Below, piece after piece: positions 30,222 to 46,005 of a stretch of 64,000 nt of DNA. Origin of the DNA: Eledone cirrhosa (taxonomy: Eukaryota); contig OZ024756.1 of NCBI GenBank assembly GCA_964016885.1, forward strand, positions 7,750,001 through 7,814,000. The letters run 5' to 3'. Below the pieces are notes generated by a model. The model was given only the letters and a program-made list of their open reading frames with translations. It was not told where the DNA came from and searched no databases. The position numbers and the translations under genes are program-made. How positions within the stretch are numbered: position 1 is the first letter of the stretch; every line of letters starts with the position of its first letter.

Positions 30222-31291
30222 ATATTTCGTTTCTGATTTTGTTTAGCAAGATTCTTTATTTGAAATCGTGTGTTGAAACCGATATTGTTATACTTTGGGA
30301 GGGTCATGTTGCCAATAAGAAACACACGCACCAGCTGCTTTCACTTCAATTTAATTTATTATATATTTATAAATTTACAAATTTATAAATTTCTGGTTGG
30401 TTGGTTGGTTCCACAACCAGATAGTTGTTTATATATATATAGTCATAGTTCTTTCGTCACACACTCTGTGACCTCTTCAGTGACTGGGGATTTCTTTCTT
30501 CGTTTCTGTGCCTTTCCTTTCTTCTATCCTACGCCATTTTGTTTGTGTGTGGGTTGCGTGCTCAGTTTGCGCATGCGCCACATCCGGGTGTCTGTGTGTG
30601 TTTGTGTTCATTTTTCTATTTTTCTATTTATATTTTTCTATTTGTTTGTTTATTTATTTATTTATTGTTGGTTGGTTGTTTGTTCTATGTGTGTGTGTGT
30701 TTTCATTTTGTCTTGTGTGTGTTTTCAATTGTAAGTTGTTTGTTCTATGTGTGTGTGTGTTTTCATTTTGTCCTTAATTGTAAGTTGTGATGTTGCTGTT
30801 CCACTCATATTTTCTATTTAATTTTGGTTTTAATTCTTTTATGCCTCTGTAATTTGCCTAAACATTGCGTCTTTCTTGTGTGTGGATTCTATTTTTATTT
30901 CTATGCTCTCTAATTTACCCTTGTGTTCTATCTTAGCATGTTGGTAGGGCACAGATGATTCTTTATTATCTTGGAGGTCTCGCCAGTGTTCATTTATTCG
31001 TTCCCCTATACTACGAGCTGTCTCACCTATGTACACTATATTTTTGTTTCTACATTGTCCTTCAGTACATCTTATGCTATATACTACATTTCTAGTTTTA
31101 CAGTTAATATGGGGGCTTATTTTACAGGTTATACATTTCTTATCTATACATGAGGGTCTTTGGAACGGGTATGTCTTGCTAATAAGTGTTTTTACGGAGG
31201 TACCAGGTCTTTCTACTATCTTAATATTGAGATTATGTTTCTTTAGGGCCCTTCTAAATTTGTAGGCTAGTTCGCCTCTAGGGGTTGTATT
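30222..31291 (-). mobile_element. 5'-truncated copy of the large PLE (GIY-YIG + pLTR, HHR 30441-30485)
   Basis: Near-identical to 33669-34686 plus the terminal extension; 7-bp deletion near 30843. Confidence 0.95.
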
Positions 31292-31357
31292 ATATATATA
31301 CTATATATATATATATATATACTATATATATATATATATTATATATATATATATATA

Positions 31358-31402
<45 letters not shown>

Positions 31403-31436
31403 ATATATATATAAATATACTATATATATATATATA

Positions 31437-31488
<52 letters not shown>

Positions 31489-31611
31489 TATATATATATA
31501 TATATATACTATATATATATATATATATATATATACTATATATATATATATATATATATACTATATATATATATACTATATATATATACTATATATATAT
31601 ATATATATATA

Positions 31612-31645
<34 letters not shown>

Positions 31646-31803
31646 TATATATATATATATATACTATATATATATATACTATATATATATATATATACTA
31701 TATATATATATATATACTATATATATATATATATACTATATATATATATATATACTATATATATATACTACATATATATATATATACTATATATATATAT
31801 ATA

Positions 31804-31834
<31 letters not shown>

Positions 31835-31855
31835 GATATAGATATATTTATATAC

Positions 31856-31887
<32 letters not shown>

Positions 31888-31954
31888 ATATATATATATA
31901 CTATATATATATATATACTATATATATATATATATACTATATATATATATATAC

Positions 31955-31986
<32 letters not shown>

Positions 31987-32002
31987 TATATATATATATA
32001 TA

Positions 32003-32070
<68 letters not shown>

Positions 32071-32156
32071 TATATATATATATATACTATATATATATAT
32101 ATATACTATATATATATATATATACTATATATCTATATATACTATATATATATATA

Positions 32157-32216
<60 letters not shown>

Positions 32217-32312
32217 TATATATATATATATACTATATATATATATATATATATATACTATATATATATATATGTATATACTATATATATATATATATAT
32301 ATATACTATATA

Positions 32313-32348
<36 letters not shown>

Positions 32349-32455
32349 CTATATATATATATATACTATATATATATATATACTATATATATATATATAT
32401 ATATATATACTATATGTATATATATATATATATATACTATATATATATATATATG

Positions 32456-32488
<33 letters not shown>

Positions 32489-32498
32489 CTATATATAT

Positions 32499-32856
32499 GG
32501 AAAGTTATATTTAAATTGTTGGGTTAACAACGAGTAAATATTTATAACTGATATAAAAGCACTCAACAAGTATTTGGAGTATATTTATGATATTAAATAA
32601 ATGGAAACTATATTTATAAAACCATATTTATTTCGTTATATATATTTCAGGGATATCATATTAACAATATGTATAATGCCTGTTTTATACGAACTAATAT
32701 TTTCTACGGGATAAAACATAGCGGTTTTAAATTCTGCATCGTTTATGTCTGGTTATGTTTCATTTTCTCTTTTTCATTTTCTCTTTTTTCTCTCTATATA
32801 ACGGCTATTTTTTCTCTCTTAACTACATACATCTCTCTTTACATTAATACTAGAGC

Positions 32857-32887
<31 letters not shown>

Positions 32888-33300
32888 ATGTATCAACCGA
32901 TACTCAACTTCCTAGTTTCTCTATCTATCTCTATCTATCTCTTTCTTTTTTCCTCTCTCTATATATATTTCTCTGTTTCTTTACATGAAGTTCTTCTCTT
33001 TATCTATCTTTCTATATCTCTCTATTTAGTCACATGCATTTCTTCTTTTTCTTCGTTTCTCTTTCTTTCTCTCTTTATCTCTTTCTTTTTACAACTGTCC
33101 ACAATATTTTTTACTGCCAAATCAACCTCCCAAATGCAAGGTGATTGAAAGGTATGTCGTATCTATTTATTTATAAGACTGTTTATATTGTATTTTGTCT
33201 GAAGAAGGCATAACATATTGTTAATATGATATCCCTGTAATATATATAACGTAATAAATATGGTTTTATAAATATAGTTTCCATTTATTTAATATCATAT
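32499..33300. mobile_element. Head-to-head Naiad-family pLTR pair
   Basis: Arms 32586-32681 and 33206-33298, same family as 8180/11330; HHR 33192-33255 has GAAA mutated to GTAA. Confidence 0.8.
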
Positions 33301-33320
33301 ACTATATATATATATGTATA

Positions 33321-33380
<60 letters not shown>

Positions 33381-33642
33381 TATATATATTCTACATATAT
33401 ATATATATTACATATATATATACTATATATATACTATATATATATATATAGTATATATATATACTATATATATACTATATATATATATACTATATATATA
33501 TATATACATATATACTATATATATATATATACTATATATATATATATATATATACTATATATATACATACTATATATATATATATATATATACTATATAT
33601 ATACTATATATATATATATATATATACTATATATATATATAG

Positions 33643-33668
<26 letters not shown>

Positions 33669-33673
<5 letters not shown>

Positions 33674-36600
33674 ATACTTTGGGAGGGTCATGTTGCCAAT
33701 AAGAAACACACGCACCAGTTGCTTTCACTTCAATTTAATTTATTATATATTTATAAATTTACAAATTTATAAATTTCTGGTTGGTTGGTTGGTTCCACAA
33801 CCAGATAGTTGTTTATATATATATAGTCATAGTTCTTTCGTCACACACTCTGTGACCTCTTCAGTGACTGGGGATTTCTTTCTTCGTTTCTGTGCCTTTC
33901 CTTTCTTCTATCCTACGCCATTTTGTTTGTGTGTGGGTTGCGTGCTCAGTTTGCGCATGCGCCACATCCGGGTGTCTGTGTGTGTTTGTGTTCATTTTTC
34001 TATTTTTCTATTTGTTTGTTTATTTATTTATTTATTGTTGGTTGGTTGTTTGTTCTATGTGTGTGTGTGTTTTCATTTTGTCTTGTGTGTGTTTTCATTT
34101 TGTGTGTGTTTTCAATTGTAAGTTGTTTGTTCTATGTGTGTGTGTGTTTTCATTTTGTCCTTAATTGTAAGTTGTGATGTTGCTGTTCCACTCATATTTT
34201 CTATTTAATTTTGGTTTTAATTCTTTTATGCTTACTGCCTCTGTAATTTGCCTAAACATTGCGTCTTTCTTGTGTGTGGATTCTATTTTTATTTCTATGC
34301 TCTCTAATTTACCCCTGTGTTCTATCTTAGCATGTTGGTAGAGCACAGATGATTCTTTATTATCTTGGAGGTCTCGCCAGTGTTCATTTATTCTTTCCCC
34401 TATACTACGAGCTGTCTCACCTATGTACACTATATTTTTGTTTCTACATTGTCCTTCAGTACATCTTATTCTATATACTACATTTCTAGTTTTACAGTTA
34501 ATATGGGGGCTTATTTTACAGGTTATACATTTCTTATCTATACATGAGGGTCTTTGGAACGGGTATGTCTTGCTAATAAGTGTTTTTACGGAGGTACCAG
34601 GTCTTTCTACTATCTTAATATTGAGATTATGTTTCTTTAGGGCCCTTCTAAATTTGTAGGCTAGTTCGCCTCTAGGGGTTGTATTGATGAACATTACACT
34701 CTGGTATTTATTGCTATCATACCATGAGTTTATTCTATTGGCCTTGTTCTTAGTTCTTTCTATTCTATTCCAAAATTTGCTCCTATACAAGGGGCAGGTC
34801 CCATTTATGTCATTATTTACCATTTTTTCCCATTTGGTTCTGGCTCCTTTATACACTCTGATTCTATCTCTCTGATTGTAGCCAGAGAACTGCATACGGT
34901 GGATGAAGTGTTGTATGTGTCTCTCTAGTTCTTCGGGGTTGCACATGCGGGACACATTTCTCATCACCCGTACCAAATCCGCAATCAGTATGTTGATTTT
35001 GGTATGGTCCGAAATGGCCGAGTTTCGGTGGATCAGATGTTTGGAAGTCATGGGTTTGGCATAATGGGAATGGAGGATTTGTTTTTGGTTGTTAATTGTA
35101 TCTAACCAGAGCTCTGTGTCTAGTACAGGTAATCGATGGTTGGGGTGTCTACTTGGGTAGTCTATAGTAACTCTAATGCTCTGGTGGATGGAGTTTGCTA
35201 TTTGCTGGATGCTTTCCATTGTGTTTTTCTCTAGTTCCTGACTGTTCTTTAGTGGGGGTGTCTTAACTACGATGTTTATATCATCTACGTAGCGGGAGTA
35301 CATTATCAGGGTTAAGCTGTCTCCTAATTGTTCATTAAGTTTTTGTTTAAGTCTACTGTCCCACCATACCATGAATAAGTTAGCTATGTCGCCTGCAATG
35401 CTAACACCAATGGCTGCTCCTTCCTCTTGGGCATATGTTTTACCATTAAATTTGAACATATGTTCCTTAAGGGTTAATTTTATGCTGGCCCCTACCGCAT
35501 GTGCAATAATTTTCTTCAGTTCATCGTGGTTTTCGGGTGTCCGTATGGCTCTGGTCCACCCGTTCCATCTATCTGTATGGGTTTTCTTGGCCATTGAGGT
35601 AATGGTAGGTGGTCTGCCTCTTGCTGGTCTTGTAGGGCACAGGTTGCTAAGGTCATAAGTGTCTAGGTAACTATTACTATGGGTAAGCTTAAGTAGAAGT
35701 CCCAGCTCACTGGTATCAATCCCACGGAACTCAACCTTGCTCTCGCTGATCATTTCGACGCATTTCTCCACAGCAAAATCCACGTCAATAGATGGATACA
35801 GGGACACAACATCCATACTGCCTATTATGCAGTTTGTTAGGTCCCCAGATCGGTTACCCGCGCCGATTCTGCTGAGGAGGTCCTCCGTGCTGTCACACAC
35901 ATCTGGGGACATCTCAATGATGGGGCGTATGATCAGGGAGAGGAAGTAGGACAGTCTGTAGTTACTAGCAATGTTAGCCCCACAGACTGGCCGTGTTGGT
36001 GGTCCCGCGACGGGGTCCCAGCCCGTTTTATGGTCTTTTCGAAGCCCATACAACGCCGGCACGTCATTGTTCCAGGCCTGGAAGTTGTTGGCAGTCCTTT
36101 TGTTGGGCTGCATTATATTTGTCCACATCACCATATGGGCATTGAGGGTTTTTCTCTATCCTCATGCTCCTGTGGTGTTACCTCTCTTGTGTTAGTGATG
36201 TGGGGTTGCATTGCCTGGATGTAGTTTGGCAGGCTGTCAACCGACATTCTGCCAGACTTGTCTGTTGGAAAGCATGCTATCTCTCCATTACGCGAGCGCT
36301 GCATGAGCTTACGCAAGCCATTTGCAGATTCTTCTCCCAGTTGCTGGGCCTCTATTCTATTATGCTTCTTGCTATACTGTTCTATAATATTTCTAAGTTC
36401 GGATTTAGCTATACTAAATTGTGCTTCTGTTTGTTCATCGACCTGCGACGGCAACTGCGTGCGTTTGTTAAATGGCAAAGTCGTGGCGTGGACTCGTCGT
36501 AGGTCGAATGATTTATCGGAGGGGTTATAGAACGGAGAGTTCCAGGCTGCTGCTTTGTGTGTACTAGTGCTATTGTTATTGTTAGTTGTGTTGTTTCTAT

Positions 36601-38148
36601 TTCCACCAACAGCAGCAGCCTCAGCTTCATGGTTGTTTCTATGTCTCTCATAATTACTCCTGTCTCTTACCACTGGCTCAATGTTGTTATCTACCCTATT
36701 TTGTGTGTCTGTGTGTTCGTCTTGGTTATTCTCTTTGTCCTTAGTCTCCCATCTCCTTTTCCTTTTAATCCTATTACTTTCTCTTATTTCTCTGATTTCT
36801 GTGCTACTGTCATTACTTGTTTTCTGTGTCTGTGTGTTTGTTAAGATTGTGGTGGTGGTGAGAGGCATTGAATGCGTGTGTGTTGTTGTTGTTGATGTGT
36901 GTTGTTGTTGATGTGTGTTGTTGTTGTCTCCGTGTGTGTGTGTGTTATCGTTGTTGTGTGTGTTGTTATTGTTGTTTGTGTTTGCGTGTCTGTTGTTGTT
37001 GTATCTGGGTATGTTGCTATTGTTGTTGTTGTTGATGTGTGTGTTGTTGTTATTGTTGTCTCCGTGTGTGTTGTTATTGTTGTTTGTGTCTGCGTGTCTG
37101 TTGTATCTGGGTATGTTGCTATTGTTGTTGTTGTATCTGGGTATGTTGCTATTGTTGTTGTTATTGTTGTGTGTGTCTGTGTGTCTGTTGTTGTTGGGAT
37201 GTGTGTTGTATATGTGTGTGCGTATATTGTTGCTTTTGTTTTTGTTTTTGATGCTCCAGCGTAGTTTCGTAAATGATTTTTCTATTTCTGACAGACAACT
37301 AATCATATTTACCTTCTTGAATGTCGCAAATTTGGGTGGCAGACGTAACACAGACATTTCATTATTATCTATTTCCGTGTTTCCATAAATGTTGGTATTT
37401 TCATTGTTGAACTCTTCAGATAATGAGGTGTCGGCCATGTTGATACCGTCAATTTTGTCGGGATATCTATTGGTATACTCTATAGTATCCCGATTTAGCT
37501 TTGCCTGTTTAAGCCACTTTAATTTTCTGTTAAAGTGCTTATTACATTCTTGAGTAATGTACTGTTCTTCGGGGCGTATAAGGCTTATAAATGTTAGTTT
37601 TTCTGTTGGTGTGGTGATTTTAGATATTTCTTGTATTAGGTTACGCTTTAGTTTTTCTTGATGACTTAATTCTCTATAGATCTTCTTTTTTATGTTTAGA
37701 ATTAAAGTTCGTTTTAGCCTATCTGCTTGTTTTTTGGTGAGTTGTAATCTTCTAACGTCGGTATTGATGGTGTTGGTGTAGATTCTAGAAGTGGTGCACA
37801 GTTTTATGAAGCGTAGTTGTCGAGATGTTATGGTTTTTCGTAGACAACAGAACATGGTGGTTTTCAGTATGTTGTTAGCCTGGCTAAGGCTTACGATATT
37901 TCGTTTCTGAATTTGTTTAGCAAGATTCTTTATCTGAAATCGTGTGTTGAAACCGATATTGTTATACTTTGGGAGGGTCATGTTGCCAATAAGAAACACA
38001 CGCACCAGTTGCTTTCACTTCAATTTAATTTATTATATATTTATAAATTTACAAATTTATAAATTTCTGGTTGGTTGGTTCCACAACCAGATAGTTGTTT
38101 ATATATATAGTCATAGTTCTTTCGTCACACACTCTGTGACCTCTTCAG
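33669..38148 (-). mobile_element. Full-length Penelope-like element with 5' partial pLTR and 3' pLTR
   Basis: Direct pLTR repeats 33669-33864 and 37959-38148 flank a single RT-EN ORF; HHR at 33825-33869. Confidence 0.95.
34161..37981 (-). CDS. PLE polyprotein (N-terminal, Asn-rich linker, DKG-like motif, RT, GIY-YIG), ~1273 aa once a 1-nt homopolymer frameshift at 36149-36153 is restored
   Basis: PTDKSG, LYGLRKDHK, TRPV, SMDVVSLYPSI, QEEGAAIG, SRYVDD, VLD, NVVY..C..C..YIGET..ERINEH..H...H, ITEA..LN. The run is 5 T here versus 6 A at 38293-38298 in the sister arm. Confidence 0.9.
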
Positions 38149-38181
38149 AAGGTAGGTTGACAGCCTGGCAGACAAGTCTGG

Positions 38182-40822
38182 CAGACAAGTCTGGCAGAAT
38201 GTCGGTTGACAGCCTGCCAAACTACATCCAGGCAATGCAACCCCACATCACTAACACAAGAGAGGTAACACCACAGGAGCATGAGGATAGAGAAAAAACC
38301 CTCAATGCCCATATGGTGATGTGGACAAATATAATGCAGCCCAACAAAAGGACTGCCAACAACTTCCAGGCCTGGAACAATGACGTGCCGGCGTTGTATG
38401 GGCTTCGAAAAGACCATAAAACGGGCTGGGACCCCGTCGCGGGACCACCAACACGGCCAGTCTGTGGGGCTAACATTGCTAGTAACTACAGACTGTCCTA
38501 CTTCCTCTCCCTGATCATACGCCCCATCATTGAGATGTCCCCAGATGTGTGTGACAGCACGGAGGACCTCCTCAGCAGAATCGGCGCGGGTAACCGATCT
38601 GGGGACCTAACAAACTGCATAATAGGCAGTATGGATGTTGTGTCCCTGTATCCATCTATTGACGTGGATTTTGCTGTGGAGAAATGCGTCGAAATGATCA
38701 GCGAGAGCAAGGTTGAGTTCCGTGGGATTGATACCAGTGAGCTGGGACTTCTACTTAAGCTTACCCATAGTAATAGTTACCTAGACACTTATGACCTTAG
38801 CAACCTGTGCCCTACAAGACCAGCAAGAGGCAGACCACCTACCATTACCTCAATGGCCAAGAAAACCCACACAGATAGATGGAACGGGTGGACCAGAGCC
38901 ATACGGACACCCGAAAACCACGATGAACTGAAGAAAATTATTGCACATGCGGTAGGGGCCAGCATAAAATTAACCCTTAAGGAACATATGTTCAAATTTA
39001 ATGGTAAAACATATGCCCAAGAGGAAGGAGCAGCCATTGGTGTTAGCATTGCAGGCGACATAGCTAACTTATTCATGGTATGGTGGGACAGTAGACTTAA
39101 ACAAAAACTTAATGAACAATTAGAAGACAGCTTAACCCTGATAATGTACTCCCGCTACGTAGATGATATAAACATCGTAGTTAAGACACCCCCACTAAAG
39201 AACAGTCAGGAACTAGAGAAAAACACAATGGAAAGCATCCAGCAAATAGCAAACTCCATCCACCAGAGCATTAGAGTTACTATAGACTACCCAAGTAGAC
39301 ACCCCAACCATCGATTACCTGTACTAGACACAGAGCTCTGGTTAGATACAATTAACAACCAAAAACAAATCCTCCATTCCCATTATGCCAAACCCATGAC
39401 TTCCAAACATCTGATCCACCGAAACTCGGCCATTTCGGACCATACCAAAATCAACATACTGATTGCGGATTTGGTACGGGTGATGAGAAATGTGTCCCGC
39501 ATGTGCAACCCCGAAGAACTAGAGAGACACATACAACACTTCATCCACCGTATGCAGTTCTCTGGCTACAATCAGAGAGATAGAATCAGAGTGTATAAAG
39601 GAGCCAGAACCAAATGGGAAAAAATGGTAAATAATGACATAAATGGGACCTGCCCCTTGTATAGGAGCAAATTTTGGAATAGAATAGAAAGAACTAAGAA
39701 CAAGGCCAATAGAATAAACTCATGGTATGATAGCAATAAATACCAGAGTGTAATGTTCATCAATACAACCCCTAGAGGCGAACTAGCCTACAAATTTAGA
39801 AGGGCCCTAAAGAAACATAATCTCAATATTAAGATAGTAGAAAGACCTGGTACCTCCGTAAAAACACTTATTAGCAAGACATACCCGTTCCAAAGACCCT
39901 CATGTATAGATAAGAAATGTATAACCTGTAAAATAAGCCCCCATATTAACTGTAAAACTAGAAATGTAGTATATAGAATAAGATGTACTGAAGGACAATG
40001 TAGAAACAAAAATATAGTGTACATAGGTGAGACAGCTCGTAGTATAGGGGAAAGAATAAATGAACACTGGCGAGACCTCCAAGATAATAAAGAATCATCT
40101 GTGCTCTACCAACATGCTAAGATAGAACACAGGGGTAAATTAGAGAGCATAGAAATAAAAATAGAATCCACACACAAGAAAGACGCAATGTTTAGGCAAA
40201 TTACAGAGGCAGTAAGCATAAAAGAATTAAAACCAAAATTAAATAGAAAATATGAGTGGAACAGCAACATCACAACTTACAATTAAGGACAAAATGAAAA
40301 CACACACACACATAGAACAAACAACTTACAATTGAAAACACACACAAAATGAAAACACACACAAGACAAAATGAAAACACACACACACATAGAACAAACA
40401 ACCAACCAACAATAAATAAATAAATAAACAAACAAATAGAAAAATAGAAAAATGAACACAAACACACACAGACACCCGGATGTGGCGCATGCGCAAACTG
40501 AGCACGCAACCCACACACAAACAAAATGGCGTAGGATAGAAGAAAGGAAAGGCACAGAAACGAAGAAAGAAATCCCCAGTCACTGAAGAGGTCACAGAGT
40601 GTGTGACGAAAGAACTATGACTATATATATATAAACAACTATCTGGTTGTGGAACCAACCAACCAACCAGAAATTTATAAATATATAATAAATTAAATTG
40701 AAGTGAAAGCAACTGGTGCGTGTGTTTCTTATTGGCAACATGACCCTCCCAAAGTATAACAATATCGGTTTCAACACACGATTTCAGATAAAGAATCTTG
40801 CTAAACAAATTCAGAAACGAAA
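38182..40822 (+). mobile_element. Inverted 5'-truncated arm of the same PLE with intact RT + GIY-YIG (stop 40286) and 3' pLTR
   Basis: Reverse complement of 33669-36264 plus a ~60-nt longer 3' end. Confidence 0.95.
40578..40622 (+). ncRNA. Minimal type I hammerhead ribozyme of the PLE pLTR
   Basis: agtca-CTGAAGA-g-gtcaca/tgtgac-GAAA-gaac-TA-tgact; 5-bp stem I and 6-bp stem II. Confidence 0.85.
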
Positions 40823-40930
40823 TATATATATATATATATATATACTATATATATATATATATATATACTACATATATATAGTATATATATATATATATAT
40901 ATATACTATATATATATATATATATATACT

Positions 40931-40973
<43 letters not shown>

Positions 40974-40992
40974 TATATATATATATATATAG

Positions 40993-42666
<1,674 letters not shown>

Positions 42667-42723
42667 CTATATATATATATAGTATATATATATATATATT
42701 TATATATACTATATATATATATA

Positions 42724-42793
<70 letters not shown>

Positions 42794-42963
42794 TATATAT
42801 ATATATATATATATACTATATATATATATATATATATATACTATATATATATATATATATATATATACTATATATATATATATATATATACTATATATAT
42901 ATATATATATATATACTATATATATATATATATATATATATACTATATATATATATATATATA

Positions 42964-42999
<36 letters not shown>

Positions 43000-43103
43000 T
43001 ATATATATATATATATATATATATACTATATATATATATATAGTATATATATATATATATATATATATACTATATATATATATATACTATATATATATAT
43101 ATA

Positions 43104-43150
<47 letters not shown>

Positions 43151-43153
43151 ATA

Positions 43154-43203
<50 letters not shown>

Positions 43204-43269
43204 TATATATATATATATAGTATATATATATGTATATATATATATACTATATATATATATATACATATA

Positions 43270-43300
<31 letters not shown>

Positions 43301-43342
43301 CTATATATATATATATATATATATATACTATATATATATATA

Positions 43343-43380
<38 letters not shown>

Positions 43381-43472
43381 TATATATATATATATATATA
43401 TATACTATATATATATAGTATATATATATATATATATATATATACTATATATATATATATATATATACTATG

Positions 43473-43505
<33 letters not shown>

Positions 43506-43574
43506 CTATATACATATATATAGTATATATATATATATATATATATATAGTATATATATATATATATATATATA

Positions 43575-43650
<76 letters not shown>

Positions 43651-43655
<5 letters not shown>

Positions 43656-45090
43656 GTGTAATGAATTCTTTTACAATGGTATTAGCTCAAAAGGAAATAT
43701 TCCTGAGCCGTGTATAAAAGTAATATATATGAGTAATATATATGATGAAACAGATACCAACACATCTGTATTTATATTGCAAAAGAAAATTAGCCAGAAT
43801 GAAGAATATTAATTATTTTACCACAGTTCGTCCACATCGATTTAAAATAATAAATCGAGAAAAACTAGCTGCGCTGCCAAATGGCTATGATGTTTATACA
43901 TATTTAAATTTCAAAATCAAACCTGTTCCGTAGATAAGTTTAAACCTTAAAATCCAAACATGTTTCGAGATGAATAAGTGTATAAGTGTAGGAATATCAT
44001 GCCACTGCTCTCCTCAGTAAACATCCAGAGACAATTGATAAGCTTCACTTCTAAATAATTTAAAAGACTGTGTGACGCACATGGGTTCACAGATTCAAGC
44101 TAGTCTCATAACCGTACTGCTAGAAATAACAGTCGTATATATGAGGCGAATTTCAGCTCAACCAGGAGCAGTTATATTAAGTGTAATGAATTCTTTTACA
44201 ATGGAATTAGCTCAAAAGGAAATATTCCTGAGCCGTGTATATATGAGTAATATATATGATGAAACAGATACCAACACATCTGTATTTATATTGCAAAAGA
44301 AAATTAGCCAGAATGAAGAATATTAATTATTTTACCACAGTTCGTCCACATCGATTTAAAATAATAAATCGACAAAAACTAGCTGCGCTGCCAAATGGCT
44401 ATGATAGCCATTTGTCGATTTATTATTTTAAATCGATTTGGACGAACTGTGGTAAAATAATTAATATTCTTCATTCTGGCTAATTTTCTTTTGCAATATA
44501 AATACAGATGTGTTGGTATCTGTTTCATCATATATATTACTCATATAGTATATATATATATACACGGCTCAGGAATATTTCCTTTTGAGCTAATTCCATT
44601 GTAAAAGAATTCATTACACTTAATATAGCTGCTCCTGGTTGAGCTGAAATTCGCCTCATATATACGACTGTTATTTCTAGCAGTACGGTTATGAGACTAG
44701 CTTGAATCTGTGAACCCATGTGCGTCACACAGTCTTTTAAATTATTTAGAAGTGAAGCTTATCAATTGTCTCTGGATGTTTACTGAGGAGAGCAGTGGCA
44801 TGATATTCCTACACTTATACACTTATTCATCTCGATCGAAACATGTTTGGATTTTAAGGTTTAAACTTATCTACGGAACAGGTTTGATTTTGAAATTTAA
44901 ATATGTATAAACATCATAGCCATTTGGCAGCGCAGCTAGTTTTTGTCGATTTATTATTTTAAATCGATGTGGACGAACTGTGGTAAAATAATTAATATTC
45001 TTCATTCTGGCTAATTTTCTTTTGCAATATAAATACAGATGTGTTGGTATCTGTTTCATCATATATATTACTCATATATATTACTTTTAT
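43651..45090. mobile_element. Palindrome B of the same 525-bp unit
   Basis: Period 43657 to 44182; centre near 44402; HHRs at 43952-44022 (minus) and 44778-44852 (plus). Confidence 0.8.
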
Positions 45091-45126
45091 ATATATATAT
45101 ATATATATATACTATATATATATATA

Positions 45127-45176
<50 letters not shown>

Positions 45177-45294
45177 TATATATATATATATATATATATA
45201 CTATATATATATATATATATATATATACTATATATATATATATATATATACTATATATATATATATATATACTATATATATATATATATATATA

Positions 45295-45395
<101 letters not shown>

Positions 45396-45403
45396 TATAT
45401 ATA

Positions 45404-45487
<84 letters not shown>

Positions 45488-45536
45488 TATATATATATAT
45501 ATATATATAGTATATATATATATATATATATATATA

Positions 45537-45568
<32 letters not shown>

Positions 45569-45757
45569 TATATATATATATACTATATATATATATTATA
45601 TATATATATATACTATATATATATAGTATATATATATATATATATACTATATATATATATATATAGTATATATATATATATATATATACTATATATATAT
45701 ATATAGTATATATATACTAGTAATAATAATGAAATTGAAGACTAAAATCCAAAGAGG

Positions 45758-46005
45758 GTTATAAAGGAAGTCTGTTATAAAGGAAGTGTATTATAAAGGA
45801 AGTGTGGTTATAAAGGAAGTGTGTTTTAAAGGAAGTGTATTATAAAGTAAGTGTCTTATAAAGGAAGTATGTTATAAGGAAGTGTGTTATAAAGGAAGTG
45901 TGGTTATAAAGGAAGTGTGTTATAAAGGAAATGTGTTATAAATGGCGTGTGTTATAAAAGGCTTGTGTTATAAAGGAAGTGTGGTTATAAAGGAGGTGTG
46001 TTATA
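45758..46005. repeat. ~17-19-bp minisatellite (GTGTTATAAAGGAAGT)
   Basis: Direct reading. Confidence 0.9.
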
